Assembly (NCBI GenBank): GCA_026706815.1
Contig: JAPOYA010000041.1
Coordinates: 102,500-166,499, forward strand
DNA: 64,000 nucleotides
Direction: 5' to 3'
DNA from: Acidimicrobiaceae bacterium
GTDB lineage: Bacteria > Actinomycetota > Acidimicrobiia > Acidimicrobiales > Aldehydirespiratoraceae
The position numbers were made by a program, and so were the translations under genes. The notes under the pieces were generated by a model. It was not told the origin of the DNA and ran no database searches. It saw nothing but the letters and a program-made list of their open reading frames with translations. Of this stretch, positions 48,007 to 58,637 are shown piece after piece (within the stretch, counting starts at the first letter, position 1; every line of letters begins with the position of its first letter).

Positions 48007-48237
48007 ATGCCCGAGCAGCCAGCAGATGATGTGGTTTGGTTGTCGACGCCGGCGGCTGCTGACCGGCTGGGCATCACACCGCGGACTTTGTACCGGTTCA
48101 TTGATGAGGGTCAGATTCCGGCTTACAAGTTCGGTCGCGTGATTCGACTCAAACGGGACGACGTGGACAGCTTCATTGAGACCTGTCGGGTGGAACCCGG
48201 CACGATGGCGCATCTGTATCCGTCAACCGCCGGCTAG
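48007..48237 (+). CDS. Excisionase/BldC-like small HTH DNA-binding protein
   Basis: WLSTPAAADRLGITPRTLYRFIDEGQIPAYKFGRVIRLKRDDVDSF. Confidence 0.9.
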   Translation: MPEQPADDVVWLSTPAAADRLGITPRTLYRFIDEGQIPAYKFGRVIRLKRDDVDSFIETCRVEPGTMAHLYPSTAG

Positions 48238-48345
48238 CCGACAGATCTTCGAGACAACGAACCTGGGAGTTTGCCGCCCGCAGCTTCTGCCCGCACGGAA
48301 CTGAGTGGTCGCGGCCCGCGCCGACTGCCATGCGGATGCGAATCG

Positions 48346-48417
48346 AGCGGGTGAGGAGAATCGAACTCCCATCATCAGCTTGGAAGGCTGAGGTTCTGGC
48401 CGTTGAACTACACCCGC
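48346..48417 (-). tRNA. tRNA-Gly (TCC); CCA not encoded
   Basis: GCGGGTGTAGTTCAACGGCCAGAACCTCAGCCTTCCAAGCTGATGATGGGAGTTCGATTCTCCTCACCCGCT folds as a cloverleaf. Confidence 0.96.
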
Positions 48418-48540
48418 GGCGGACTCGAGGCTAGCGGCTGGTGCTGCAATTGAACCTCGTGGTCGGTTGAACTCGCTCTGCTCCGCTTTGGTCCGTTTTG
48501 GCCCTCTGCGTCGTTCGCCTGGACCGTTAGGCTTTGTCGA

Positions 48541-49935
48541 GTGAACAACAACGGCACCACGAGCAGTATCGAATTCCTTGACGACAACAAGGTCAAGCTG
48601 ACGGTCGAGGTTGACGAGAGAGAGTTCGACTCTGCGGTCGATGCGGCTTTCAAGCGCATCGCCGAACAGGTTCGAATACCTGGCTTTCGACCTGGACGGG
48701 TTCCTCGGCGAATCCTTGAGGTCCAGCTCGGCCATGAGTACGGTCGTGCCGAGGCACTCCGTGAAGCGCTTCCCGGCTACTACCAGCGTGCCGTTGTGCA
48801 ACACGACGTGGACGTGATCGACTCGCCTGACATCGAGATCTTGGAGGGCCGGCAAGAGGGTGCGGTGGTCTTCGACGCCACCGTCGAGATTCGACCGGTA
48901 ATAGAAGTGGCCGGCTACAACGGCCTGCGTATCGAGGTCCCCGACCCGGAGCCCTCAGATGACGACATTGACTCTGAGATCGATCGGCTGCGAGCTGAGC
49001 ACGCCGAGTTCCGGACGGTTGAGCGGCCGGCACAGGACGGCGATCAGGTCAATATCGACATCGTCGGAAGTCATGGCGGCGAGGAAGTGCCCGGACTGTC
49101 GGCCAACGATTACGACTACGAGGTGGGGACCGGCGCCGTGGTGGCGGAGATAGACGAGAATCTTCGGGGCGCCGGCGCAGGAGATGTGGTGGAATTCGAA
49201 GCCGGCCATCCCGACCCGGAATCAGAGGAGCCGCTTCACTTCGAAATCTCCGTCTTGGCTGTGAAGGAAGCGGTTCTGCCCGATCTGGACGACGCCTGGG
49301 CGGCCCAGGCGACGGAGTTCGAGACGCTCGACGAGCTGCGCGCCGACGTCGGCGAGCGTTTGGCTTCGATGAAGCTGTCAATGGCTCGTCGGGCCGCGGA
49401 TGCCAAGATCGCCGATGCCCTTGCCGCTCTGGTGACGCAGGAGATCCCAGAAGTCATGGTTGCCGACGAGGTCGACGGACGCCTCCATGAGGTGTTCGGG
49501 AATCTGCGGCAGTCAGGCATCGATCCGGGCGAGTACCTGGAGCAGACGGGTCAGGACATGGACGAACTGCGGGCCGGGCTCTCCGGAACAGCGGAGAACG
49601 CGGTCAAGGTTGATCTGGCACTGCGTGCCATTGCCGAGGCTGAGGGACTCAACCCCGATGACGACCAGCTCGCTGAGACGATCGGCGAAATGGCCGACCG
49701 CATGGGCGCCGACGGCGCTGAGCACATGGATCGTCTCAGAGAGTTGGGACAGCTCCCGTCGCTGCGCGCCGATCTCGCCAAGTCCAAGGCCCTGGAGTGG
49801 CTTCTCGACAACGTCGAGCTTGTCGACGAAGCCGGTGTCGCGGTTGATCTGAAAACACCGGAGTCATCCCAAGATGATCTCGGCGACCAAGATGATTCAG
49901 CAGCAGACGACTCAACCGATGGAGAGCCACAATGA
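48541..49935 (+). CDS. tig: Trigger factor
   Basis: [10 protein letters not shown] ribosome-binding motif; [15 protein letters not shown] region; upstream of clpP. Confidence 0.96.
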   Translation: MNNNGTTSSIEFLDDNKVKLTVEVDEREFDSAVDAAFKRIAEQVRIPGFRPGRVPRRILEVQLGHEYGRAEALREALPGYYQRAVVQHDVDVIDSPDIEILEGRQEGAVVFDATVEIRPVIEVAGYNGLRIEVPDPEPSDDDIDSEIDRLRAEHAEFRTVERPAQDGDQVNIDIVGSHGGEEVPGLSANDYDYEVGTGAVVAEIDENLRGAGAGDVVEFEAGHPDPESEEPLHFEISVLAVKEAVLPDLDDAWAAQATEFETLDELRADVGERLASMKLSMARRAADAKIADALAALVTQEIPEVMVADEVDGRLHEVFGNLRQSGIDPGEYLEQTGQDMDELRAGLSGTAENAVKVDLALRAIAEAEGLNPDDDQLAETIGEMADRMGADGAEHMDRLRELGQLPSLRADLAKSKALEWLLDNVELVDEAGVAVDLKTPESSQDDLGDQDDSAADDSTDGEPQ

Positions 49936-50573
49936 CCGATATCAACCCTCGCAACTATCTGGTGCCGACCGTTGTCGAGCAGACAAACCGCGGAGAGCGG
50001 GCGTTTGATCTCTACAGCCGCCTGCTGAAAGAGAACATCATCTTCATCGGCACACCGATCGACGACACCATCGCCAACTTGATCTGTGCCCAGCTTCTGC
50101 ACCTTGAGTCAGAGAACCCGGACAAGGACGTCAACCTCTACATCAATTCGCCGGGCGGCGACATCAATGCGTTGTTCGCCATCTACGACACGATGTGTTA
50201 CATCAAACCCGACATCACGACGATCTGTTTCGGTCAAGCGGCGTCGGCTGCTGCGGTCCTGCTGGCGGCAGGCGCCCCGGGCAAGCGCTTGGCGTTGCCG
50301 CATGCGCGGATTCTTATTCATCAGCCCTACGCGGGCGCGCGCGGGCAAGCCAGCGACATCGAGTTGATAGCCGCTGAGGTCCAACGAATGAAGAGTTCGC
50401 TGGAGCAAGTCCTGGCTCAGCACACCGGTCAAACAGTGGAGAAGATCGCGGCGGACACAGACCGAGACTTCGTGATGACCGCGCTTGCGGCCAAAGAGTA
50501 CGGCATAATCGATGAGGTTATCGAGACGCGCAATACTGTTGAGAGCAGTGGTGCGATCGCAGTGATTGGCTGA
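49932..50573 (+). CDS. clpP: Clp protease proteolytic subunit
   Basis: [35 protein letters not shown]. Confidence 0.97.
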   Translation: MTDINPRNYLVPTVVEQTNRGERAFDLYSRLLKENIIFIGTPIDDTIANLICAQLLHLESENPDKDVNLYINSPGGDINALFAIYDTMCYIKPDITTICFGQAASAAAVLLAAGAPGKRLALPHARILIHQPYAGARGQASDIELIAAEVQRMKSSLEQVLAQHTGQTVEKIAADTDRDFVMTALAAKEYGIIDEVIETRNTVESSGAIAVIG

Positions 50574-50599
50574 AGCTCAAACAACAGGGAAGGAAACCA

Positions 50600-51853
50600 G
50601 TGGCCAAATTCGGCGAAGGCGGAGAGCTTCTGAAGTGTTCGTTCTGCGGCAAGTCGCAGAAGCAGGTCATGAAGCTGATTGCGGGTCCCGGGGTTTACAT
50701 TTGCGACGAGTGCATCGGTCTTTGCAACGAGATCATCAAAGAAGAACTGGCCGAAGGCTCAGAGAACAGCTTGGGCGTGCTGCCCTCGCCGCGCGAGATC
50801 TACGAGTTCCTCAACGACTATGTCGTCGGGCAGGAGAACGCCAAGCGGATTCTCTCGGTCGCGGTCTACAACCACTACAAGCGGGTCGAGTTGGGATCCC
50901 AACTCGATTCCGAAGTAGAGCTGTCGAAGTCCAACATCTTGTTGATCGGCCCGACGGGGTGCGGCAAGACGCTGATGGCGCAGACCTTGGCCCGCATGCT
51001 CAACGTGCCTTTCGCGATCGCCGATGCCACCGCTCTCACAGAGGCGGGATACGTCGGCGAGGATGTGGAGAACATCTTGTTGAAGCTGATCCAAGCAGCC
51101 GACTACGACATCAAGAAGGCTGAAACGGGAATCATCTACATAGACGAGATCGACAAGGTGGCCCGTAAGAGCGAGAATCCGTCAATAACCCGCGATGTGT
51201 CCGGCGAGGGGGTCCAGCAGGCGTTGTTGAAGATTCTTGAGGGAACCACCGCCGCGGTTCCACCTCAAGGAGGACGCAAGCATCCCCATCAAGAGTTCAT
51301 CCAGATCGACACTTCCAATGTGCTGTTCATCTGCGGGGGCGCTTTCGCCGGTATCGAGAAGATCGTCGAGAATCGGGTCGGCACCCGGGGCGTCGGCTTT
51401 GGTGCTGATATCCGGCGCCCCGAGGACAAAGATCTTGGGGCCATCTTCGACGAGGTGCTGCCGGAAGACCTTGTCAAGTTCGGTTTGATCCCAGAATTCA
51501 TCGGACGACTTCCGGTACAGGGCTCGGTCGGACATCTCGAGGTGGAAGCTCTGGTGGAGATTCTCACCGAGCCCCGCAACGCGCTCATCAAGCAGTACCA
51601 GAAGATTTTCGAATTCGAGAACGTCGGTCTGGAGTTCACGCCGTCGGCTTTGTTGGCTGTTGCCGAGGAGGCGATCAAGCGGTCGTCCGGGGCGCGTGGA
51701 CTGCGGGCGATCCTCGAAGAGGTGCTTCTCGACATCATGTACGATCTCCCTGGTCGCGATGACGTCGGCCATGTCGTCATCGACGGAGACACGGTCCTTG
51801 AGAAGGTTCCGCCGGTGTTGCTTGACCGTGCAGAGGACTTGCGCGCCAGTTGA
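50600..51853 (+). CDS. clpX: Clp protease ATP-binding subunit ClpX
   Basis: CSFCGK zinc finger, [33 protein letters not shown]. Confidence 0.98.
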   Translation: MAKFGEGGELLKCSFCGKSQKQVMKLIAGPGVYICDECIGLCNEIIKEELAEGSENSLGVLPSPREIYEFLNDYVVGQENAKRILSVAVYNHYKRVELGSQLDSEVELSKSNILLIGPTGCGKTLMAQTLARMLNVPFAIADATALTEAGYVGEDVENILLKLIQAADYDIKKAETGIIYIDEIDKVARKSENPSITRDVSGEGVQQALLKILEGTTAAVPPQGGRKHPHQEFIQIDTSNVLFICGGAFAGIEKIVENRVGTRGVGFGADIRRPEDKDLGAIFDEVLPEDLVKFGLIPEFIGRLPVQGSVGHLEVEALVEILTEPRNALIKQYQKIFEFENVGLEFTPSALLAVAEEAIKRSSGARGLRAILEEVLLDIMYDLPGRDDVGHVVIDGDTVLEKVPPVLLDRAEDLRAS

Positions 51854-51879
51854 GGGCCCGAGCCGCGGAATTCTGAGTC

Positions 51880-53289
51880 TTGGACTATCCCGAAGCCCTC
51901 GATCATCTTGATCGGTTGATCAACTACGAAGTCCAACCGCGTGCCGGCGCCATCGAGGGCTTGTCGCTGGACAAGATGCAGCAGGCCATGGAGATGCTCG
52001 GCGACCCGCAGCACGCCTGCCCGGCGATCCACATCACCGGAACCAACGGCAAGGGCTCTACTGCGCGGATGATTGAGTCATTGTTGACCTCGATGGGTTT
52101 GCGAGTCGGGCTCTACACGAGTCCTCATGTCTCTTCTCCGTGTGAGCGGATCCGGGTTGGTGCGGCCGAACTCGGCCAACCGGCTTTCGGCCGGGCCATC
52201 GGCGATATAGCGCGTCTTGTGGAGGCAGCGGAACTGAGCCCGCTCAGCTGGTTCGAGACGGTCACCGCGGCGGCTTTCCTGCATTTTGCCAATGAGGCTG
52301 TTGAGGTGGCGGTAGTTGAGGTCGGCATGCTCGGGCGGTTTGACGCGACCAATGTGGTTGATGGCCAGATCGCGGTGATCACCAATGTCGGGCGCGACCA
52401 TACTGATGGCGCGCCGGGTTGGTGGCGCCGGATTGCCGAGGAGAAGGTTGGGATTGTCAAACCCGGCGCGCGGGTCGTGTTGGGCGAGACGACTCCAGAT
52501 CTGTTGGAGTTGGTCGCGGCCCAGTCACCAGAAGTCATAAACACCCTCACAACCACCTCCGGGCCCGCCGCTTTGGGCTCTGCTGACTTCCCCGCGACCG
52601 CTGGTCGCGGCTCCGGTGACGCCCGGCAACAACACGGTGCCCGGCAACAACACGGCGCCCGGCGCGAGCACAGTCTGTTGGGCAACGAAGTGGCGGTTGG
52701 GGGTCGGCTGCTGAGTGTTCGAACGCCTCGCTCCGCCCATTCCGAAGTGTTTCTCGGGTTGCATGGCGCCCATCAGGGGCACAACGCCGCGGTCGCGATC
52801 GCAGCCGTGGAGGAGTTCTTCGACGCGCCGCTCCGCTCAGACGTGTTGCAGGAGGCGTTTGCCTCGGTCGAGGCCCCGGGCCGACTGGAGGTGGTCCATC
52901 GTTCGCCGCTGATGTTGCTCGATGCGGCTCACAACCCGCCCGGCGCTGAGGTGCTGGCGAGGTCGCTCGCCGAGGACTTCGCCGGGCTCAGCCGTCGTTT
53001 TCTGGTCTTCGGAATTCAGGACGGCCGAGATCCAGCGGAGGTTCTGGAAGCTCTCGACGCGGCTTCTTTCGACTTGGTGGTTGCCTGCACGGCGCCGACA
53101 GCGCGCGGCGTCGAAGCGACCGCACTATGTGATACGGCACTTTCGCTGGGTGCCCGCGCTGAGGCCATTGCAGATATCGCCACGGCTATCGACTATGTGC
53201 TCGACCAGGCCGATGACGAGGATCTGATTGCGGTGGCGGGTTCAGTGACGGTGCTTGAGGTGGCCCGGGAATTCGCCGCGGAACTGTAG
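51880..53289 (+). CDS. folC: Folylpolyglutamate/dihydrofolate synthase
   Basis: HITGTNGKGST, YTSPH, EVGMLGRFDATNV, PGRLE, LDAAHNP. Confidence 0.94.
   Translation: MDYPEALDHLDRLINYEVQPRAGAIEGLSLDKMQQAMEMLGDPQHACPAIHITGTNGKGSTARMIESLLTSMGLRVGLYTSPHVSSPCERIRVGAAELGQPAFGRAIGDIARLVEAAELSPLSWFETVTAAAFLHFANEAVEVAVVEVGMLGRFDATNVVDGQIAVITNVGRDHTDGAPGWWRRIAEEKVGIVKPGARVVLGETTPDLLELVAAQSPEVINTLTTTSGPAALGSADFPATAGRGSGDARQQHGARQQHGARREHSLLGNEVAVGGRLLSVRTPRSAHSEVFLGLHGAHQGHNAAVAIAAVEEFFDAPLRSDVLQEAFASVEAPGRLEVVHRSPLMLLDAAHNPPGAEVLARSLAEDFAGLSRRFLVFGIQDGRDPAEVLEALDAASFDLVVACTAPTARGVEATALCDTALSLGARAEAIADIATAIDYVLDQADDEDLIAVAGSVTVLEVAREFAAEL
52621..52671 (+). repeat. 18-bp tandem repeat (ARQQHG twice plus a degenerate copy) within folC
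   Basis: GCCCGGCAACAACACGGT, GCCCGGCAACAACACGGC, GCCCGGCGCGAGCAC. Confidence 0.9.
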
Positions 53290-53339
53290 AGAGTCAGTCG
53301 GAGCGTTGACGCGGCATCGAAACGGTAGCCTTCGTGCGC

Positions 53340-53765
53340 ATGGATAGGACTCTCATCATCTGCAAACCGGACGCGGTCGAACGCGGCCTTGTGGGAGAGA
53401 TAATCGGGCGGTTCGAGCGCAAAGGGTTGAAGCTCGCAGCCGCTGAGCTCAGGGTTCTCGACAAGGAGACTCTCGCCCGCCACTATGAGCAGCATCAGGG
53501 CAAGGCGTTCTATGACGACTTGGTCGAGTTCATGAGTCGAGGGCCGGCGCTGGTCGCGGTGATCGGGGGTGTGCCCGACACTTGGCGAGTCGTGCGTCAG
53601 ATGGTGGGCGCGACCGACCCGCTGCAAGCCGCGCCGGGAACTGTTCGAGGGGACCTGGGCAGCGAGCTCACAGAGAATCTGATTCACGGGAGTGACTCTG
53701 CCGAGTCGGCGGAGCGCGAAATTGGGATTTTCTTCCCCGATCTGAGACAGACTGACCAACCATGA
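53340..53765 (+). CDS. ndk: Nucleoside diphosphate kinase
   Basis: KPDAVERGLVGEI, PGTVRGD, NLIHGSDS. Confidence 0.97.
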   Translation: MDRTLIICKPDAVERGLVGEIIGRFERKGLKLAAAELRVLDKETLARHYEQHQGKAFYDDLVEFMSRGPALVAVIGGVPDTWRVVRQMVGATDPLQAAPGTVRGDLGSELTENLIHGSDSAESAEREIGIFFPDLRQTDQP

Positions 53766-53925
53766 CGAGGTCCCCGCGATTCTCTTGGGCCCATGCGCCC
53801 GCCGTTGTGCTTCATTCTTGGCATCGAGGCGGCATTTCTGCGTACACTGGGGCATGGGGGAGCAGCACCACGCGTGCTGTGCTCTCCTTGGCCCACTTCG
53901 CCAACCGGAACGAGGCATCTAGCTG

Positions 53926-54987
53926 ATGGCTGCAGACTCATTCATGAACATGCTGGGTGGTGGATTGCGGGCCGCTATGGGGCGGGACATGGCCGTTGAT
54001 CTCGGAACCGCGAACACCTTGGTCTATGTTCGGGGCGAAGGCGTCGTGCTCGACGAACCGTCGGTTGTCGCGATCGACACGACCGACAACCGCCCGCTGG
54101 CGGTTGGCTCCGAAGCGAAACGGATGATCGGGCGTACCCCTGCCAACATCCGCGCTATCCGCCCACTCAAAGACGGCGTTATCGCCGACTTCGAGATCTG
54201 CGAGAAGATGCTCCGCTATTTCATCCGCAAGGTGCATCAGCGCAAATTGGCCCGGCCGCGCATGGTTATCGCAGTTCCGTCGGGAATCACCGGTGTTGAG
54301 CAGCGGGCTGTCCAGGAGGCAGCCGAGTACGCCGGCGCGAGCAAGCCTGCGTACATCATCGAGGAGCCGATGGCTGCCGCAATCGGGGCAGGTCTCCCGG
54401 TGCAAGAACCCACCGGGAACATGATCGTCGATATCGGTGGCGGGACCACCGAAGTGGCGGTCATCTCGCTCGGCGGCGTCGTGGCGAGCCAATCGGTCCG
54501 CGTGGGCGGTGACGAACTCGACGATGCGATCGCGCAACATGTCAAGAAGGAACACGGTCTGGCTCTGGGTGAGCGCACCGCTGAGGAGGTGAAGGTTCAG
54601 ATCGGATCTGCTGCTCCCTTGAAGCGGGAACTCTGCGCTGAGATCCGTGGGCGGGACTTGGTGTCCGGTTTGCCTCGCAGCATTGTTGTGAGCACACAAG
54701 ATGTTCGCCTAGCGCTCGAAGAGCCGATTGTTGCGATTTGCGATGCGGTCAAGTCGACACTCGACCAGACCCCGCCAGACTTGGCCGCGGACATCATGGA
54801 GCGTGGAATCACGCTTGCGGGCGGGGGAGTCTTGTTGCGCAATATCGATCAGCGGCTGGCCGATGAGACCGGGATGCCCGTTCGGATCGCCAAAAACCCC
54901 CTCTATGCCGTTGCCATCGGGTCGGGCCAAGTTCTTGAGGAGTTCGAAGCCTTGAGGGATGTAGTCTTCAGCTCCGGCGAGCTGTAA
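53926..54987 (+). CDS. mreB: Rod shape-determining protein MreB
   Basis: DLGTANT, RPLKDGVIADF, EEPMAAAIGAG, DIGGGTTEVA. Start could be a downstream ATG. Confidence 0.97.
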   Translation: MAADSFMNMLGGGLRAAMGRDMAVDLGTANTLVYVRGEGVVLDEPSVVAIDTTDNRPLAVGSEAKRMIGRTPANIRAIRPLKDGVIADFEICEKMLRYFIRKVHQRKLARPRMVIAVPSGITGVEQRAVQEAAEYAGASKPAYIIEEPMAAAIGAGLPVQEPTGNMIVDIGGGTTEVAVISLGGVVASQSVRVGGDELDDAIAQHVKKEHGLALGERTAEEVKVQIGSAAPLKRELCAEIRGRDLVSGLPRSIVVSTQDVRLALEEPIVAICDAVKSTLDQTPPDLAADIMERGITLAGGGVLLRNIDQRLADETGMPVRIAKNPLYAVAIGSGQVLEEFEALRDVVFSSGEL

Positions 54988-55002
54988 ACCGCAAGTCGGT
55001 TC

Positions 55003-55971
55003 ATGGCGCCGGCTCAGAGGACAGGGCGGGCCAGGCACCGCCTGATCCTTCTCACGCTCGTCGCCATAACTCTGCTGACCGTTGATCTGCGCGGTTTCGA
55101 GGCAGCGAGGGTGGCCCAAGGCTATGTCCGAGACGTCCTTCATCCCGTTAACTCCCTGGCCTCGTCGATCTTCTCACCAGTTGGCGATATCTGGAATTCG
55201 GTGTTCCAGTACGACGAGCTTGAAGCGGAGAACGCGGCGCTGCAGCAGCAGTTGGATGCGTTGAGCGGCGCGGCGATTCAGGCTGAGGCCGACAGCTCCG
55301 CATACCGGCAACTCCTCGAGTCGCTGGAGTTGCCTTACGCTCCGGACCTTGAGACCGTGACCGCGCGCGTCGAGAGGGGTCCGGTAGGGAATTTCGCGAG
55401 TGATGTCGTCACTGTCAACAAGGGACACAGCCACGGTCTGACAGAGGGCATGACGGTGGTGACCGGGGCGGGCCTCGTCGGTCGTGTCGATCGGGTGGAC
55501 GGTGTGACATCGACGGTTCAGTTGCTCAGCGATCCCGGTCTGTTGGTCGGCGTTCGGCTTGTATCGACGAACGATGTGGGTCTGGGCCATGCGGTTCCGG
55601 GTGAGCCTGGTGTGTTCATCATCAATCAAGGGCCGAACTGGCCCCAGATCTCAGAGGCCGAACTGCTGCCGGAGATCGGCTCGGCTGTGGTCACCGATGC
55701 GGACTCGCGCTACACCTCCGATGTGCCGATTGGGCGGGTGATCGAGGTGCGCCCGGCGTCGGATGAACTGTCTTTGGAAGTTCTTGTGCAGTTGGCCAAC
55801 GATGTCGAGGATCTCGCTTTTGTGTCGGTCCTGATTACTGAACAGCGAGACGAGCCGCCGCTGCTGCCGGTTGTGCCGAGTACCAGCGTGCCTCTCGACT
55901 TGGACCCGGGCCTGCTCAACGATCTCAACGCCGGTGATTCGGGCGGTCCGGGCGGCGAGGCGGCTCAATGA
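55003..55971 (+). CDS. mreC: Rod shape-determining protein MreC
   Basis: TM helix, coiled coil (LEAENAAL), NKGHSHG, GLVGRV, VPIGRV. Confidence 0.9.
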   Translation: MAPAQRTGRARHRLILLTLVAITLLTVDLRGFEAARVAQGYVRDVLHPVNSLASSIFSPVGDIWNSVFQYDELEAENAALQQQLDALSGAAIQAEADSSAYRQLLESLELPYAPDLETVTARVERGPVGNFASDVVTVNKGHSHGLTEGMTVVTGAGLVGRVDRVDGVTSTVQLLSDPGLLVGVRLVSTNDVGLGHAVPGEPGVFIINQGPNWPQISEAELLPEIGSAVVTDADSRYTSDVPIGRVIEVRPASDELSLEVLVQLANDVEDLAFVSVLITEQRDEPPLLPVVPSTSVPLDLDPGLLNDLNAGDSGGPGGEAAQ

Positions 55972-56477
55972 GCGCTTTAAGGCTGGGTGCGCTGATCCTT
56001 GTCGCCCTCGTCGTGCAGGTCACGGTTTTCGCCGATGTCAGGATTTCGGGCGTGGCGCCGGAATTGCTGGTGCTGTTCGCGGTGATGCTCGGATATTGGG
56101 CCGGCCCCCGGAGCGGACCCACCGCCGCGTTCGTCATCGGCCTGCTTTGGGACGTCTATCTTCCGACTCCTTTGGGTTTGTCGGCGATCGTGTTCGCGTT
56201 GGTGGCCTTCGCCGTGGGTACTGGGGGGGGCGAACTGTTCCGGGATTCGAAGGTCCAGTTGGCCGCTGTTGCGGCCGTTGGGACGTTCGGCGCGGTGGCG
56301 GGCTATGCGCTGCTGGGAGAGGTGATGGGGCAACGTGGTTTGGTCGACCTGGAGATGCTGCGCGTGGCGCTGATCGCGGGTCTGGTCAACGCCCTGCTCG
56401 CACCGTTGTCCAGACCTCTAGTGGCCTGGGCGCTCGGACCCGCGTTCGGACTGAGCGGTGCGGGTGACATTCGATGA
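55968..56477 (+). CDS. mreD: Rod shape-determining protein MreD
   Basis: Hydrophobic 169 aa with GVAPELL and GLLWD...PLG; operon position. Confidence 0.88.
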   Translation: MSALRLGALILVALVVQVTVFADVRISGVAPELLVLFAVMLGYWAGPRSGPTAAFVIGLLWDVYLPTPLGLSAIVFALVAFAVGTGGGELFRDSKVQLAAVAAVGTFGAVAGYALLGEVMGQRGLVDLEMLRVALIAGLVNALLAPLSRPLVAWALGPAFGLSGAGDIR

Positions 56478-56495
56478 CTTATTCGGACTGAGACG

Positions 56496-58637
56496 ATGCC
56501 GATAGACGACGACCGAACGAAACTGCGGCTGAGGATTTTTGCTTTCGTGGCCCTGATTCTCTTCGGCGCTCTTGTCGCTCGCCTGTGGTTTCTGCAGGGG
56601 ATCGAGCACGAGGCACTGAGCGAGGAGGCTCTCGGAAACGTCCTGGAACCGGTGTACGAGGAGGCGCCGCGGGGACGCATCCTGGACCGCAACGGTCGAG
56701 TTCTTGTCGACAACAAGATCGTTCAGGTCGTGACGCTCGACCGCAGGGTGCTGGAGACCCTTGACGAAGAAGAGACACTCGAGGTCTTGGAGAACCTGGC
56801 TCTGGCGATCAGCCGCTCGGGTCGGCCGACGAAGGTCTCGACGATCTCGGCTGAGATCGCCGATCTTCGTTACGGGCCTTTCGATCGAATTCCCATTGCA
56901 GTGGATGTGAACTCCAAGCTCATGGTGTACCTGGGAGAGCGCCCAGACCAGTTCCACGGAGTCCGCGTGGAACAGCGCACGATCCGCAGTTATCCGTACG
57001 GCAATCTCGCGGCCCACCTGCTTGGTTACGTGGGTCCGGTCACGAGGGCCGAGCAAGAGCAAGCCAACGCGAGCCTCGCCCCCGATGCCGAAGACGACAA
57101 GACCTACCAACTCAACAGTCAGATAGGCAAAACCGGCATCGAACGGATTTTCGAGCGCGAGCTTCGAGGCGTGCCAGGTGTGCGCTGGTTGGAAGTCAAC
57201 AACCTTGGGGAGGTGATCCGCGAGCATTCGACCTCTGCTCCTCGACGCGGCAACGACGTGTGGCTGACCATTGACATCGATCTGCAGGCGCGAGCCGAGG
57301 AGCAGCTCGCCTCGGGGCTGGCCAGGACCCGTGCTGAGGCAGACGATCCCGATGTGCTGGCCCCGGCCGGTTCGGTGGTAGCCATCGATCCCCGCAACGG
57401 CGACGTCTTGGCGATGGCGTCATTCCCGACATATGACCCCTCGCAGTTCGCCAACGGGATCTCTGCCGAGGAGTTCGAGTTGTTGACTTCAGAGGACAAC
57501 TATTGGCCGATTCTGAACCGCGCTATCCAGGGTTCCTACGCCCCGGGCTCCACTTGGAAACTGGTCACTTCGGTGGCCGCTGTTCAGCACGGTGTGGTCG
57601 ACGAGCTCTACGGCGGGCCCGACGAGTTCATCATCGACGTGGGCAGCTACATCTATCCGAATTGCGAAACCGGGACTGAACTGGAAGGCACCTGCGCGTT
57701 CGACAGTCCCTTCGTGGGCTCTCGTCACGTCGACCTGGCCGACGCGTTGACCGTGTCGAGCGATGTCTACTTCTATCGGCTCGGCGGGGAGGGCTTCTTC
57801 GTCCGTGAGCGGGGTCCACAGGGGGATGAGGGGATTCAGACGACGGCGAAAGCCATGGGGCTCGGCTCCTCCACAGGGGTGCAGCTTCCCTACGAGCGCA
57901 CCGGGGTCGTCCCGGATCGTGACTACTTCGATCTCAAATTCTCGCAGGGCGTCTTCATTCGAGACGGGAATCAGTGGTTCGCCGGCGACACCATCTTGTT
58001 GTCGATCGGCCAGGGCGACCTCTTGGTGACGCCGATTCAGCTGGCCAATACATATGCCACGTTTGCCAACGGGGGGCTGCTCCACCAGCCGAACGTTGCG
58101 TTGAGAGTCACCGGAGCAGACGGTGGATCGATCATTGAGTTCGGACCGCGAGTGCTGCGCGACCTCGATTTCGCCCCCGAGGTCACTGAGCCGATAATCA
58201 GAGGTTTGTTGGGAGTTCCCCGATTCGGCGGTGTCAGGGGCACCGCAGCGGGGGCTTTCCAGGGCGGCTCTTTTCCTGTCGATCTATGGCCGATAGCAGG
58301 GAAGACCGGCACGGCAGAGGTGGATGACAAAGCCGACACCAGTCTGTTTGTGGCGTGGGGCCCCAACGATCACCCGGAACTCGGCGTTGACGTCCCGGGG
58401 CCTCCGGAGATCGCTGTTGCGGTGGTGATGGAGGAGTCTGGTTTTGGCAGCGTCGCGGCTGCGCCCGTCGCGGCTGCGATACTTGAACCCATCGCACGCA
58501 ACAACATGCCTCCGGCACTCACGCTCAATGAACGGGAACTCGAGCAAGTGGCGCGTATTGAGGCTTTGCTGGCGGCGCGAGATGCGAGAGGCGTTGAGGA
58601 CGAGGCAACGGCGCTCGGGGACGCAGAAACGCAATGA
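56496..58637 (+). CDS. mrdA: Penicillin-binding protein 2
   Basis: APRGRILDRNG, RSYPYG, PGSTWK (SxxK), SSD, GKTGTAE. Confidence 0.93.
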   Translation: MPIDDDRTKLRLRIFAFVALILFGALVARLWFLQGIEHEALSEEALGNVLEPVYEEAPRGRILDRNGRVLVDNKIVQVVTLDRRVLETLDEEETLEVLENLALAISRSGRPTKVSTISAEIADLRYGPFDRIPIAVDVNSKLMVYLGERPDQFHGVRVEQRTIRSYPYGNLAAHLLGYVGPVTRAEQEQANASLAPDAEDDKTYQLNSQIGKTGIERIFERELRGVPGVRWLEVNNLGEVIREHSTSAPRRGNDVWLTIDIDLQARAEEQLASGLARTRAEADDPDVLAPAGSVVAIDPRNGDVLAMASFPTYDPSQFANGISAEEFELLTSEDNYWPILNRAIQGSYAPGSTWKLVTSVAAVQHGVVDELYGGPDEFIIDVGSYIYPNCETGTELEGTCAFDSPFVGSRHVDLADALTVSSDVYFYRLGGEGFFVRERGPQGDEGIQTTAKAMGLGSSTGVQLPYERTGVVPDRDYFDLKFSQGVFIRDGNQWFAGDTILLSIGQGDLLVTPIQLANTYATFANGGLLHQPNVALRVTGADGGSIIEFGPRVLRDLDFAPEVTEPIIRGLLGVPRFGGVRGTAAGAFQGGSFPVDLWPIAGKTGTAEVDDKADTSLFVAWGPNDHPELGVDVPGPPEIAVAVVMEESGFGSVAAAPVAAAILEPIARNNMPPALTLNERELEQVARIEALLAARDARGVEDEATALGDAETQ

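Noticed and set aside
48007..48417. Prophage or ICE integrated at tRNA-Gly
   Set aside because: No integrase, no phage or conjugation genes, and no duplicated tRNA 3' end found.
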